The translations under genes were made by a program, and so were the position numbers. DNA of 64,000 nucleotides from Octopus vulgaris (Eukaryota): assembly GCA_951406725.2 (NCBI GenBank), contig OX597834.1, forward strand, positions 33,852,001 through 33,916,000, read 5' to 3'. Each line of letters opens with the position of its first letter. The stretch's first letter is position 1. Positions 1-60,559 of the stretch are shown here, piece by piece. The notes below the pieces were generated by a model. The model was not told the origin of the DNA, did not search any database, and saw only the letters and a list, made by a program, of their open reading frames with translations.

Positions 1-257
1 TAGAGGGCTCGCACTTTCTATGGTCATTCAAAACTGTCCAAGGGTGGTCGTGCACATCTTTACATTTCCCCAGTCACCCTGCAAAGCTATTGAAAAATCA
101 ATAGAAGTGACTTTTTTGTGAATTTTCTATCCAAAACCCAATCAAAATGCCCGAAACTTGATACGCCAATTGAATGCCAGCTAGCAGCATGTGATTGGTC
201 GGAGATTTGGACAGTACTCGCATGTATGTGCGCATGCACACAGCTGTATATGCATGC

Positions 258-297
258 ACTAGCACTATGACCCAGCGTTGCCGGGTCATAGTGCTAG

Positions 298-298
<1 letters not shown>
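258..298 (+). mobile_element. Helitron-like 3' terminus (hairpin ending in CTAG-T)
   Basis: Perfect 16-bp arms actagcactatgaccc / gggtcatagtgctagt around a GC-rich 9-nt spacer, followed by (TA)n. Confidence 0.5.
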
Positions 299-328
<30 letters not shown>

Positions 329-626
329 TAATAATAAGTAATTACAAAGTATTGAGACCTCAATATTAGATAAATAGAGGATTATTTATATATGTTAAAA
401 TTTAAAACAAATTTAGAAAAAAGTAAAAGGTTGTCATTATAGGACTTGGAGTTTCAAATGTTGGAGCGTGGAGCTACAATACATTTTCATCGGCTATTAA
501 TGGCAACAGATGCTATGACAAAAAAATGTTGAGTATGTCTGGGAGTCAGTCAAGTCAGTTTGGGTCTAGGGTGGAACAAAGAAAGGGTTTGGATGTCAAA
601 CAACTGAAGATAGTGGTGGCACTTAC

Positions 627-46740
<46,114 letters not shown>

Positions 46741-48558
46741 CTACAAGAAAAAGAATAGAAAATATGTAAATTGAATATTTGAATATTCTCAAATTTGAAA
46801 TTATTTATAATAAAAAAGACATTCAAAATAAGTCACAATGGATCCTTATTGGACCCGCTTATCCCTTCAATAAATGAGGGTTCAGCAGGTGACAGTTGTA
46901 CTGTGTCCTTCATTTGATGTTTTATTGTGTTGTCTCATGTGGGAATTCAGACCTCTCTGGGATTTGCAGATATTTAGGGATAAATGGGACCTGGCTTTAT
47001 GCAGGACCTTTTTTCCTCTCCTTCAGAGTGCTGATCCTGGCTGTTTTAGAGTTGGAAATGGTTTGGTAGAAAGAGCTTCTCCACTGGGCTCTATTCAGTA
47101 CTTTGATTTCCATGTTCTTAAACTGCACAAAACTATCAAGGAATACAGAGTAGACCAGAAATGAAACTGATGTTTCACTTGAGAACACTTCATCCTCAGT
47201 TCCCTTTATCTCCTTCAGCTCCCTCACAAAATATACCTGGTTTAGTATCTGAGTATCTGAAAATTAATATATTTATGACAAGAAAACGCTGAATCCTTTC
47301 TTTGGGTGCCAAAAGTGTTAAATCGTTGAGGCTTTGTTTTCAAATTCTTCAATTGTTCCATTTTATAGAATGTGAACATTGTGGTGCCAACATTATTATT
47401 AGAGGAGAATAAGGAGCAGTGCCTATGACCTCCGCAAACTCAGATGATTTCCAGCCCTTATTGGTTCCTCAAACTCTCTACATGAAATAATAAATTATAT
47501 GTAAAGAAAAAAACTAACACTTTCTACCTCACAGTGATGTGTACTCACACCACACCCAAACACCATTTATACAGCAAAACAAAATTACAAAAAAAAAGGG
47601 GTCACCTAAACATGTGTTGGGTACAGTTTGTTACAGCAAAATCTTTAACCCTCACAATCCCTGATTTAAATGTAAAATAAATAACACCCTAATAATAATA
47701 ATAATAATAATAATAATGGTTTCAAATTTTGCCACAAAGGCAACAATTTCGGGAGAAGAGATAAGTCGATTACATTGACCCCAGTTTTCAACTGGCACTT
47801 ATTTCTATCGACCCCAAAATGATGGCAGAATTTGAACTCAGAACGTAGCAACAGGGAAAATACTGCTAAGCATTTCATCCAGTGAGCTAACAATTCTGCC
47901 AATTCTGTCTTATTATTATTATTATTATTATTAATAATAATAATAATAATCTTTTGTACTATAGGTACAAGGCCTGAAATTTTGTGCTCAACTCATACTA
48001 ATTTTAATGGCATCAAAAGGATGAATGGCTAAGTCAACCTTGGTGTTGATATCACAATAAAGTGTTAAACATTTATGGTATGCTCCAGTTCTCCAAAGCT
48101 ACTGGATTTGCTGTGTATATAAACAAATTTGCTACTTGTTTCTCTGGGATTGGTCCAGTGATATAGACATCACTGATGAGACATCAATAAGGTTAGAAAA
48201 TTGATTAAGGCTGTGTTATGTTTTTTTCAGTCAATGGAGTAATCATTAAATTTACCATGTTTGTATTCTACTATATAGTTATATGTACACACACACACAC
48301 ACTGATAGATAGGTAGACAGAGGTTGAATTTAAAATATGTTATATATATACACACAATATGTGTGTATATATTAACAGAAATGCTTCAAGCTGTTTTTAA
48401 TTTGAGCTAACATAATTAACAATGTATGATCTGATAGTTAGTACCACACACGAGATAATTACTTTTTATGCCCATGTGGTCGAGAGCAGACACAAACACT
48501 TTCTTAACCCTCCCACTCTTGACTCAGTAAAGCATCTTGGATGAGGTGAGAAAGAGAG

Positions 48559-48630
<72 letters not shown>

Positions 48631-49095
48631 GAGAGAGAGAGAGAGGAGAGAGAGCAGCACTCAGCTGGTTTCCATTTTTGACTGAGCAGACAGGAGTAAC
48701 ACAAAATTATACACCTTGCTCAAGGAGACAAAACACTGTCTGGTCCAGGGACTGAACCCTCAACCTTGTGATTGTGAGCTCAACACCCTAATCACAAGGC
48801 CATGTGTGTATATTACCTTAACAATCAACTACATCAATTTAGCAACAATGTGATATACCAAAGAATTCTCCTTTTTAATGATGCAGATGGTTTTCATAAA
48901 ATTTCAGAATGCAGTTTCCAAATATGGTATCAGATTTTTGCCAACCATGTCAGTTTTAGTCTCTAAGCACCCTGAATGAGAAACATTATGATCAGTTAAT
49001 GATTCTTAGGGCAGCTTTTCATTAGAAAATGGTTGGCGTTAGGAAGGGCACCAAGCTGTAGAAACCATGCCACAACAGACAATGGAACCTGCTAA

Positions 49096-49227
49096 GGTCA
49101 TCCCTATAGATTTTCTATGGAAGTATGACCAGCACTGATTTTTTTACGACATTTCATATCCGAGATGTTAAGTCATTACAAAATCAGCATTGGTTATAGT
49201 TTTTATAGAAAATCTGTAGAGATGACC
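49096..49227. mobile_element. Foldback MITE with GGTCA termini and TTAA-like flanks
   Basis: ctaa-ggtcatccctatagattttcta ... tagaaaatctgtagagatgacc-ttaa. Confidence 0.6.
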
Positions 49228-49559
49228 TTAACACCTGATTTAAGTGCACTGCTAAACATAGAGGGGACAAACAAGGACAGACAATGGGATTAAGTCAATT
49301 ACATTAATCCCAGTGCGTAACTGCTACTTATTTAATTTAAGAAGATCTTGCCCAAGGTACTGTGCAGTGATATTGAACTTGAAACATTGTGGTTGCAAAG
49401 CAAGCTTGTTAACAGCCACCCAGCCATGCTTCTACAAGGCTTTTTTTTTTTAAGATGAAAGTAAAATTCGTTCTGTACAAAGTCTACAATGCCACACACC
49501 CCTCGTTGCCATATTACAGTGGAAGAACCAAAGAACGAGGTTGCAAGGTAATGATCTAA

Positions 49560-49946
49560 TAATAAAAACAGGTCTCTACACTGCCATAAAGAATATTTGG
49601 AGTACAGGGCAAGAAAAGGTTTTCCAGAGAATTCTTCGAAAGCAGGGGATGCGTCTGGTTTATGTTCTTAAAATAGAGAAAGTGCTGACAATTGTTATCA
49701 GATGAGAAAAGTCATAAAGTAGATAAATTCTATTTCATAGAGAACAGCCTTGATAAATGTGTTGGCTCCTATATTGATTGGCCCCTTTGATAGATTGGGG
49801 GGAAAAAACAAACTTATGAAGCCATGAAAGTTGTTCAGAGACCTCAAATACATTGAACACAATTGAACAATTTATGGAAATTTCTATTGATCAAGAATGG
49901 TGTTAGATTAAATTTCCTTGTTTTTGTTTGCTTTATTTTTTTCTTG

Positions 49947-50000
<54 letters not shown>

Positions 50001-50390
50001 TGAGGCAAGCAAGCTAAAAGACATGATTGAGTGAAAAAGGAAGGATTGGATAGAAGAGATTTCAATGTTGGAAAGCAAAACATCAAGAACTCCTTTTAAA
50101 ACCAGAAAATATCAGCATTTCATTTCAAAGTAGATGCTTCTTTCATATACGTATCTACACAGAAGTTTTCCAGCTCTATAAGCAAGTGAATTTGAGGGCA
50201 GGTATCTTTGATGGGCCTAAGATAAGGACATTAATGAAAGATGAACAATTTATGGGTTAACCGAAACCTGTCATAAAAAGTGCTTGGGTCACTTTCACCG
50301 ATTTGAAAAGCATTGCAAAGTAACAAGAAATCCAGAATCTATGAAGATTTGAGGCATAAGTTACTTTTTCCCATTCAGGTTTTGGACATA
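49560..50390 (+). pseudogene. Degenerate DNA transposase remnant (Chapaev/CMC-like)
   Basis: Frameshifted motifs NVLAPILIG, YEAMKVV and GIFDGPKIRTLMKDEQF...SAWVTF; family recalled from motif resemblance only. Confidence 0.55.
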
Positions 50391-52661
50391 ATGAATATCA
50401 AATCCTAACATTGGGTTCAGATTTTGGTACAAGGTCTGCAATTTTAGGAATGGGTGGGGGAATATTTCAATTACATAACCCACCCCCCAGTGTATATATG
50501 TACATATCTAATATTGTATGTATGTATTTTATTAATTTGCCTCTATGGCTGATAATTAGCTTACCACTCATACATATATATATATATATAAATACATACA
50601 CACATACATACATACATACACATATATAACTAAACTTTTACAAGAAGACGAGTGATAGTGATAGTGACTTTGAAGTTTTTTATTAATATCATCCCTATAT
50701 AATTATATGTGTGTGTGTGTGTGTGTGTGCATGTATGTATGTATGTATTTGTGTGTGTGTGTCTCTCCTCCCCACCATCGCTTGACAATCAATGTCGGTG
50801 TGTTTATGTCCCCATAACCTAGCAGTTCAGCAAAAGGGACTGATAGGATCAGTACTACGATTACAAAGAATAAGTCCTGGCGGATCGATTTCTTCAACTG
50901 AAAAAAAAAAACCCCTTTAAATCGGTGCTCCAGTATGGCCACAGTCAAATGACTGAAACAAGTAAAATAACGAAAGAAAAAGGATATTAACAGCATTTAT
51001 ATTTTCTCCCGAGTTCTAGTCTTAAATGTTTGGAAACTCCATTTCCTTCATATTTCTAAATTGTCTCCAAGTATGTCAGGAATACCTGCCAACTTTATAT
51101 CTCTATTAATAACACTGGCTTGCATTTTGAAAGCAAAACAAAAAAAAACAACAAAAAAAACAAGTTGTTGTGTGTGTGTGTGAAAGGAATTCAGCCAATG
51201 TTGTATGTAACTGTTAAGTTATATACACTCACCACTGTACTGTTAAATGGTTGGATGTATATATAACTGTTTCTGTGTGTTTTTAAAAGCATGTTTTGAA
51301 ATAACTAAAACAACTTTCCTCAAAATTTAACTGTCATGTGTTTGTTTGTGTGAGTATTCTTTTATTTTTTAATTCTTTTACTTGTTTCAGTCATTTAGAC
51401 TGTGGCCATGCTGGAGCACCACCTTGAAGGGTTTTAGTTGAACAAATCGACCCCAGGACTTAGTTTTTCAAGTCTAATACTTATTCTATTGGTCTCTTTT
51501 ACCAAACTGCTAAGTTACAGGGACATAAACACACCAACACCAGTTGTCAAGTGGTGATGGGGACACAAACAGTGACACACACACACACAATGGGCTTCTT
51601 TCAGTTTCCATCTACTAAATCCACTCACAACACTTTGGTTGGCCCAAGGCTACAGTAGAAGACACTTACATGCCAAGGTGCCACAGTGGGACTGAACCTG
51701 GAATCATGTGGTTGGGAAGCAAGCTGTTTACCACACAGCTACACCCACTCTAATTATGTATGTTTTTTTCTTTTATCTTTTTACTTGCAGACCCAGGAAG
51801 AAGATGCAGTGTCAATGGTCTTCGCATGCCCTCCAAATCTAGTGAGATTGTTGCCAATAACATTGCTCTTGAGCTTTTGAATGTCAGTAATGGTAGGTAG
51901 GATGTGGGCATCAAATTATCATACTCTGCATCCAAAAATTTTGAACATATATTAGCTAGAACTGACTGATTTCATCTCTGAAGCCAAAATACTAACTCAC
52001 ATCATGTAATTGTATTAATACTAGTTCTACCTACTGCAGGAAATAACATATATTCAGAAACAGTAATTCCATTAAAATGTGTTATATGTTAATATATAAG
52101 ACTATCTGCTATTACCTTTGAAAGCAGATACTATAAACAGTCCCATTCATTCTCAAAACCCAGATAGAAAAATGGAAACTGTCACATCAAAATGCAGATG
52201 ATTACTAAAAGATAGCAACATACTCTACAACATCAAATAAAAAATATTTCTCTTTGTGAAACCTAATTCCAGCAACAAAACTTTCTGTAATTCTGACCCT
52301 CCCAAAATAGTTCTCTCTATCTTAAAACTACTCAATAAACACTCCAAATCATATTTACAAGTAGACCTATGACTTTCAAAACAGGTATTTCATAATCACA
52401 ATTTTGCTATTATCTATTAATCATAGATAAATGAATAAATAATAAATAAATAGACAGACAGACAGAAAGAATTAACCACTTATTCAATCTTCAAAAATTT
52501 GATATTCATATCAGCTCCTACTCTAGTACTTCATCTCTCATAATTATTACATGATATACAGAAAACCCATATATAAACATGCAAGTCTATATACGTAATC
52601 TGTGTGCAAGCATATGTACATGTGTGCGCATGTGAGAGAGGGTATATGTTTGTAATTGTAG

Positions 52662-52703
<42 letters not shown>

Positions 52704-53368
52704 TAAAGTTGTTGACAATGAGGGATATCAGGTGGAAAGGAAAATCACTATTATTTCCCTATTCAAATGACTATCTACCATTTAAATCTAAAGGACATTA
52801 CAGAGATGATGGTTTAATGGTTTTATGACTTTGAATCCAACGGGATCTTTCATTTTTGGGAAAACTTGTATAATTGCTGAATGCTCTGTGTATAAATAAA
52901 AAGCATTACTCCACATTTTCATGAACTGAGTTATTTTTTAATACCTTCGATGGTTAATGAAGCACAGAAACTTATAAGGCACTTCTAAGTTTTGATGTTC
53001 TTTCCTAAACCACTGTTTGCCAATAATCCTAATCTTGACCTTGTGTCCTTATGTTTATAAAACAGGGTGACCGTATGTGACATTTTTAAAAAAGAAGTGT
53101 GTCTTGTAAGCCATCATATATGTTTGTGTGTATGTGTGTAGATAGATAGATAGATGTTTGTGTTTATGTCAAGTTATAATAAAAACAATTTAACATTAAA
53201 CTGAAGAATTGTTCAATACATTTTAATAATGTTTATAATACATTTACAAGAAACATGTCAGTGACTTCGAAGTTTTGGCCTGCCTCCCTTCATTGGACTG
53301 TCTAACAAAGGCTAGTAAGGTGGAAACTTCAAAGTCACTATCACTCCTTGTAAAAGTTTAATTATATA

Positions 53369-53427
<59 letters not shown>

Positions 53428-53434
53428 ACATATA

Positions 53435-53467
<33 letters not shown>

Positions 53468-53809
53468 ATGGTATATGTATATGTATATGCACATAGACAC
53501 ATACACAAACACACACATATATATCTCGTCTAAAGAGATTGATAGACTTTGGCAATCTGTTTTTCTGTTGTTTTCAATTTACCTGAGTGATTGATTAGTG
53601 AGACAAATTGAAAACAAAATAAAAATTGATTGCCAAAGGGAAGCATCTCATTAGAAACACGTTTCACAGCAATGTTTTTTGATTATGCTACGATGCTGGA
53701 AGTGATGACTCTGTATATATTAACAACTTGGATACTTGTGCAAATGTGCATGCATGTGTGTGTGTGTGTGTCTGTGTGTGTATGTGCAGAAGCACATGCA
53801 CATGTATGC

Positions 53810-53851
<42 letters not shown>

Positions 53852-53894
53852 GTGTGTATATATATGGATGTATAATGCATGTATATGTATCATA

Positions 53895-53936
<42 letters not shown>

Positions 53937-54542
53937 GTGTGTCTGTGTATATATGTGTGTGTGTCTATGTATATATGTATGAATGTGTGTGTATGTAGAC
54001 AAAGATGCACAGTTTTGCTGTTACAACATGTAAGAAGTAAAAAGTAATTAGAACTTTGTGTGAAATTATGATTTCTATTTTAATCAATATTATCACATTA
54101 TCTACAATTATCAGACTCTGGATCAATATCACTTTACACCAGCCAACCATTTACTCATATTTGTTTCATCATCACCACCATCACCATCATCGTTGTCATC
54201 ATCATCATCAATTTTCTTTACAGTCTCTAGTTATACACAACATACTCGGTGAGTCTTCTTCGACATCAGTCAATCAAACGACAACTCATAAAACAATACA
54301 AACCAATTATACTGCTTGAAATGAGAATTAACAATCAAACCTCATTTAGTTTAACCCATTCGTTACCATATTTCTGTTTAAATGTGCTACTTTCGATCCA
54401 ATTGACTTGCAAGATAATGAATAATTGAGTAAAACAAGTCATTATACATACAAAGTATGTAAAGTATTTGAGGACATACATTTTGTGGGTCACTGCTGCT
54501 CTTCTTGCTAACTCTGTGTAATCTTTGTTTCAGAAAATAATA

Positions 54543-54925
54543 ATGGCAGACCCTCAGCTTACACAAGAAATGAAGAGGCATGCTGTTATTGTGGTTATAA
54601 AAGTTGAGCATAGCACTTTAGAAATACCTCGATTTTTAAAAGTTGCCAGAACTTTTATTTACAAAGTTTGTAAAAAGTCAGAGACTGAAGATGAAAACAT
54701 GTCACCAGTATCAAAGCATAAAAAGCATTCTAAATGCTCTGAAATCATCCGAACACTTGAATTTAGCCAGCAAGTTCAACAGACCATTGATTATAATCCC
54801 AGAAAGTCCATGAGGTCAATTGCAAAAAATCTCCATGTGTCAGAAGGAACAGTCAGAAACGTATATGAAGACATCAGATGTAAGTCTTATATGATGAGGA
54901 AAGGTCAATTTGTCAGAAAAAGCAA
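54543..54925 (+). pseudogene. Tc1/mariner-superfamily transposase N-terminal DNA-binding fragment
   Basis: EMKRHAVIV..LEIPRFLKVARTFIYKV and NPRKSMRSIAKNLHVSEGTVR double helix-turn-helix pattern; truncated before the catalytic domain. Confidence 0.75.
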
Positions 54926-55739
54926 AAGAAAATCACTACATCACTGCATTCATATTGGTGGTGTTATTGTGGTGATCTGTGTATAGAAAACTACAGATTA
55001 ACTGTAGGGAGAAACAAGTTAATGATGCAATTTCTGTATTTTCAAACCAAACTACACATCTTAACATGCTCAATATGACTACAACAGCCAACCAGCCAAC
55101 AGTATGCTACCAGTGCCACTTACAACAACATGAAAACTAACAGGATAGTGGAACATTCCTATGACTTTTATCTCCATCATTGTACATCCTTATCTCTGTT
55201 CAGTTCTATGGTAGCTTTGCATAATGATTCAGAGTCATTGCTTCTTTTCAATGCTCACCAACATGGCTAAACAAATAAGTTGTATGAAAGTGTCTGTAGA
55301 ACTGCAATGGAGTCATATCATCACATATTAAGAGCACTCAACAGCACCAAAGAATGTGAAGGTGTCATCAGGCACCGTTTATGCATTGTGAAGACACATG
55401 GCTTAGTGGTTAAGGTGTTGGACTCTTGATTGTAAGATTGTGGTTTCAATTTCTGTATCAGGTGATGCCTTGTGTTCTTAAACAAAACACTTAATTTCAC
55501 GTTGCTCCAGTTCATTCAACTGACAAAAATAAATATCTCACGATGGACCAGCATCCTGTCCAGCAGGGAAACATATACGCCATGGAAACTGGGAAACTGG
55601 CCTTATGAGTCCAAGGAAGGATATGCATTACAGTAACACATCCAACACCTAGATGTTTTGACCTGCACAGTTTCTCCAAATCACACAGACACACACACAC
55701 ACACAGACACACACACAGACACACACACACACACACACA

Positions 55740-55785
<46 letters not shown>

Positions 55786-55853
55786 AAAAAGAAAATGGAG
55801 ATTGTGAAGTTAATAATTGTTTATTACTAACAGTAAATTAATCATCATCCCTT

Positions 55854-55885
<32 letters not shown>

Positions 55886-55916
55886 GTGCATGTGTATATA
55901 TGTATATATCCATCTA

Positions 55917-55954
<38 letters not shown>

Positions 55955-56031
55955 TCTATCACACATTAATATCAAGCAGTGAGAATGAGTGTTTGACTGC
56001 ACATTGGTGGATAGATATTTTTCATTTGTGT

Positions 56032-56197
56032 GTTAACAAGGCTACCATTGGTTTCATGTCAAAAGAAATCTTGAGCACTACCAAGCGTGCCACACGGGAG
56101 ATTGGTGATCATCTCCATCTTGAATGAAAATACGACAAAATCCAACAATTGATGTGGCAGACTTGATAATTGTTGAAACCAATGGTAGCCTGCTTAA
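56032..56197. mobile_element. Small MITE with TTAA flanks
   Basis: aggctaccattggtttca / tgaaaccaatggtagcct inverted termini, each near ttaa. Confidence 0.55.
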
Positions 56198-56923
56198 CCC
56201 AGAAATAAAGTATTTATGTGAGTGTGTGTGCATGTTGTGTGTGTTGTGTATGGTGTGTGTGTGTGTGTGTGTGTGTGTGTGCACATGTGTCTGTGTTTGT
56301 CTCCCACCACCTCTTGACAACTGGTGTAGGTGTATTTACATCCCCATAACTTAGCAGTTCAGCAAAAGATCCTAACAGAATAAGTACAAGACTAAAATTC
56401 ATCAAGCATGGTTGCAATCCAATGATTGAAACAAGTAAAAGATAAAATACATATATACGTGTGTGTCTGTGTGTGTGTGTTTATTGCAGAAAGCAGTTAG
56501 AATTTTTATTTCAAAAAGTGAAACAGAGACATTGATAAAAAATGTGGATTGTCCATTGACAAGATCTCTCTGCCAAAGTGGGTGTATCTCGTTGGTGCAC
56601 AGACACAAAGAACTCCAAACAAAGAGCAAATGTCATAAAGGAATATTTTTTCCAAAGATCTTACTTATTGTTAGAATCGAATAAAACTTGCAGCCGGCAG
56701 ACGCAGTTACAGACATGAAGCATAATCGCATTTCACAAGTCTGCAACTCACCATGCTCAATGCACAGAAAGTTTGGCTTTTGTAGCTATGCACAATGCAC
56801 AGAACCATGTCTAATGGGCATCAGACTTTGGGAAGATGGAAAAGTGTGTTTTGGTAATGCATCATACATGGGTGAATTCGGTGTCTGTCTGTCTGTCTAT
56901 TAATCTGTCTATTTGTGTGTGTG

Positions 56924-56970
<47 letters not shown>

Positions 56971-57276
56971 GAGGTGACAGTGCAAAGCAATAATGTGTAA
57001 AAACACAAATTCCAGTTCAAATATGCCTCAAGTATATTCAAACTGCTAACAAGTTTGTCTTTACATACATACATATATATTTTATATTTTTATATATATT
57101 TTATCTAGTTTCATCTCACGAGCTGTGGCCATATATATATATATATTATATTATATTAAATTAGAGATAAAACCACTATTAGGCAAATCATACAATGAAA
57201 AACTTAAGCCAATACATAAGATTAATTAATTTATATTATTTTAAATATATATCAAAATTATTAAAAAAGATAATGA

Positions 57277-57335
<59 letters not shown>

Positions 57336-58357
57336 TTTTATTTTTTTTATTTGTTTCAGTCATTTGACTATGGCCATGCTGGAGCACCACATTAAAAAAA
57401 AATAATACAAACTATAAATTATGTGTCACTTTAAATTTCATGACAGATTATCAGCCTGGCATGTATTGTATCAGTCTCTTTTACCAAACTGCTGAGGCAA
57501 AGGGATGTAAACACACCAACACCAGTCATCAAGCAGTGGTGGGGGACAAATAGACTTTCACTGGATCCCTGTGCCTACTTTTACAAAGTGAGAAATTAAA
57601 TTGGGGATAGAACAAATTGTTTTCATGCTTAACTATATGTTGAAATCTCAGAGAAGAAATATGATTAATAAATGAGAAATTGAAAAAACTCAGAAAATGG
57701 AAAAAAGAAGAGCAGAAAACAAATACAAAAAAAAAAAAGAAAAATCAAATATTACTCTTCAGAGAAGATGAAATAATAATAAGGAAGAAAAATTGGTAAA
57801 AAATAAATTTAGAAAAAGCAAATGTGTATGTGTGTGAATGTATATATATGTGAGTGCATGTGTTTGTAAACACACACACACACACACACTCACATGTGCC
57901 TTAGGTAAAAGCATGAAGAATAATTAGTCAGGTCTATTCCAGTTATGTAACAGATATTTTTTTAAGTGTCTACATTTAATGGAAATTGTAGACTTACAGC
58001 CCAAAAACAAATCATGATCATGTAAATATTTAAGTTGTGGTATTTCTCTACTGTGCAAGAACATAGCTCTTATTTCCATTCTTGTAATCCTCTGATAATC
58101 TTACATTTGATGCAATTGAGAATGTTTCCTTTTAATAGTCATATACAGTAAGCTAATTTTGTCACCTTTTTCTAATTAATTCATCTTAAGGAAGAAGCAT
58201 GTTGATAGTATCTTTGTATGAACTTTCTTTCAGTCATGCTTATGTAGAGTTTATATGCTGCATGCATGAAGGTTAGATTTGGTGACAATAATATGATGGG
58301 TTCTACACTGCAAAGCTTGTTTAGCATGCATGTGTTGATGTCTTTACGTAACCATTT

Positions 58358-58393
<36 letters not shown>

Positions 58394-59273
58394 GATTCAT
58401 AAATAAGGGCAAATGAAAAAATTTGGACAATAAGTCCAATTTTTCGGCATATTTGGCATTAGAAATTTTTTTGTTTGCCCATATTTATGAATTGTTTATA
58501 AATTTAACCTTTAAAGGTATTTTTTAATATGCTGGGCATTGATAAAATTTTTTTCGAAAAAAATTTTATCCTACATTAGATATATATATATATACACACA
58601 CATACACACATCGTCATCATCGTCATTTAACATCCGCTTTCCATGCTGGCATGGGTAAGACAGATTGACTGAGGGCTGGCAAGCCAGAAGGCTGCACCAG
58701 GCTCCAATCCAATCTGGCAATGTTTCTACAGCTGGATGCCATTCCTAATACCAACCACTCCGAGAGTGTAGTGGGTGCTTTTTATGTGCCACCAGTACAA
58801 GGGCCAGTCAGGCGGTACTGGCACTAGCCATGCTTGAACAGTGCTTTTTATGTGCCACCGGCACGTGAGCCAGTGAGGTGATACTGGCATCAGATATATA
58901 TATATATATATATATATTGAGAGAGAGAGAGTAATTAAAAGGGTCCAATATATGTGTTAAGACATGAAACTTAGATGTTATCAGTGATGTATGATGTGTG
59001 GTTTGTATAGGTTTTTATATAAACTCAGTATGTTTGTATATATTTTGTATATATTTTGACATGTTATCAAACCATGTATACACACACACTCACATATATG
59101 TATGTATACACAGACACACATATATCTTTAACTTTACATGATGATGATGATGGTGATGATGACGATGATATATACACAAATGTAGCATTTGCTGTGGGGA
59201 AGAGAAAGAGAGGGAGGCAGGGCAGAGGGGAGATTAAGACATCACTGTACATGCTACTTAGCCGGGTAGTGTT

Positions 59274-59312
<39 letters not shown>

Positions 59313-60157
59313 TATACCACAGACACACAGTGCAACACCATCAACACCCATAATAGGTTTATTGCTGGTCATAGCAGCTTATCAGGAAATCAATAGAAAT
59401 CAGGAAGGTAGACAAACAGACAGATTTTCCCTCCAACATACTTTCACACTCTCACACTCTCACACACATATACATATATATACATATATATATATACACA
59501 GAGATGTAATACCTAGGTGTGGTTTCTGTCAATAAGCTACAGACTTTTATGTCAGATGCATGTATGAAGAAAGGCGAGGGGAAGGGGAGCAGCAGAGAGG
59601 AGGCAAAGAGAGGGGGAGAGGGGGAAATAGAAATAGAGAGAGGGGGTAGATAGAGTACATGACAAGAAATGAGAGTGATAGTGTGTGAGAAGGAGAAAAA
59701 GAGAGATGTATAGAGAGGACGGGTTAGATAAACAGAAGGAAAAGAGATGAAGAGAGGGAGAGAGGGGGAGAGAGTGTGTGTATAACAAATTGGGTGGCAA
59801 GTTTGATAGAGAGAGATAGGGAGAGAGAGGAGGAAACAGAGAGAAAGAGAGAGAGAGGGGAGAGTGATACAGAGATAGAAGAAAGATAAAGGAACAAGAG
59901 ACAAGAAAGAGAGTGATAGGAGAGAGAGAGAGAGAATACTGCATATGAGATAGAAGAGGAAATGGAAAGCTGCTAATGTGTGTGTGTATGTGTGTGTGTA
60001 TGTGTGTGTGTGAACGTATAAGTATGTACATAAGAATATGTATGTGTAATAAATGCAAGTGTATCTGAGATTTTGTGTACGTGTAGGGTGTTATATGTGT
60101 ATGTTATGTGTGTGAATGGATGTGTATAAGAATGTGTGTGTATGCATGTGATCTTGT

Positions 60158-60222
<65 letters not shown>

Positions 60223-60559
60223 AGTGTGTGTGTGTGAGAGAGAGAGAGTGTGTGTGTGTGTGTGAGAGTGTGAAAAAGAGTGTGTGTATGTGTGTGTGTG
60301 TGAGAGAGAGTGTGTATGTATGTGTGTGTGTGTGTGTGTGAGTGAAAGAGAGAGAGAGTGTGTACGTAAGATGTGAGCTTTTGTTTCTTAAATTCATTCA
60401 ATTTGTAGCTTGGTTTTTAATTAATTCCATTTGAAATAATATTAATTACTCAAATTACTCAATCAAAAGTAATAGCAATGATGTTGATAATGATAATATC
60501 GATAATTGGGACGGAGATGATTACAGAATGCTGGTGATGAAGCATTTCAAAGTCAACAA

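Noticed and set aside
48165-48215. Canonical CTGATGA...GAAA hammerhead core
   Set aside because: Stems I-III cannot be formed convincingly.
50163-50201. Plus-strand 39-nt exon-like unit that could join 51791
   Set aside because: It lies inside the transposase fossil, immediately before GIFDGPKIR.
59513-59536. 24-nt phase-2 unit LLTETTPR that would fit before SPPPTF
   Set aside because: Weak gtatta donor and no kinase similarity apart from the final PR.
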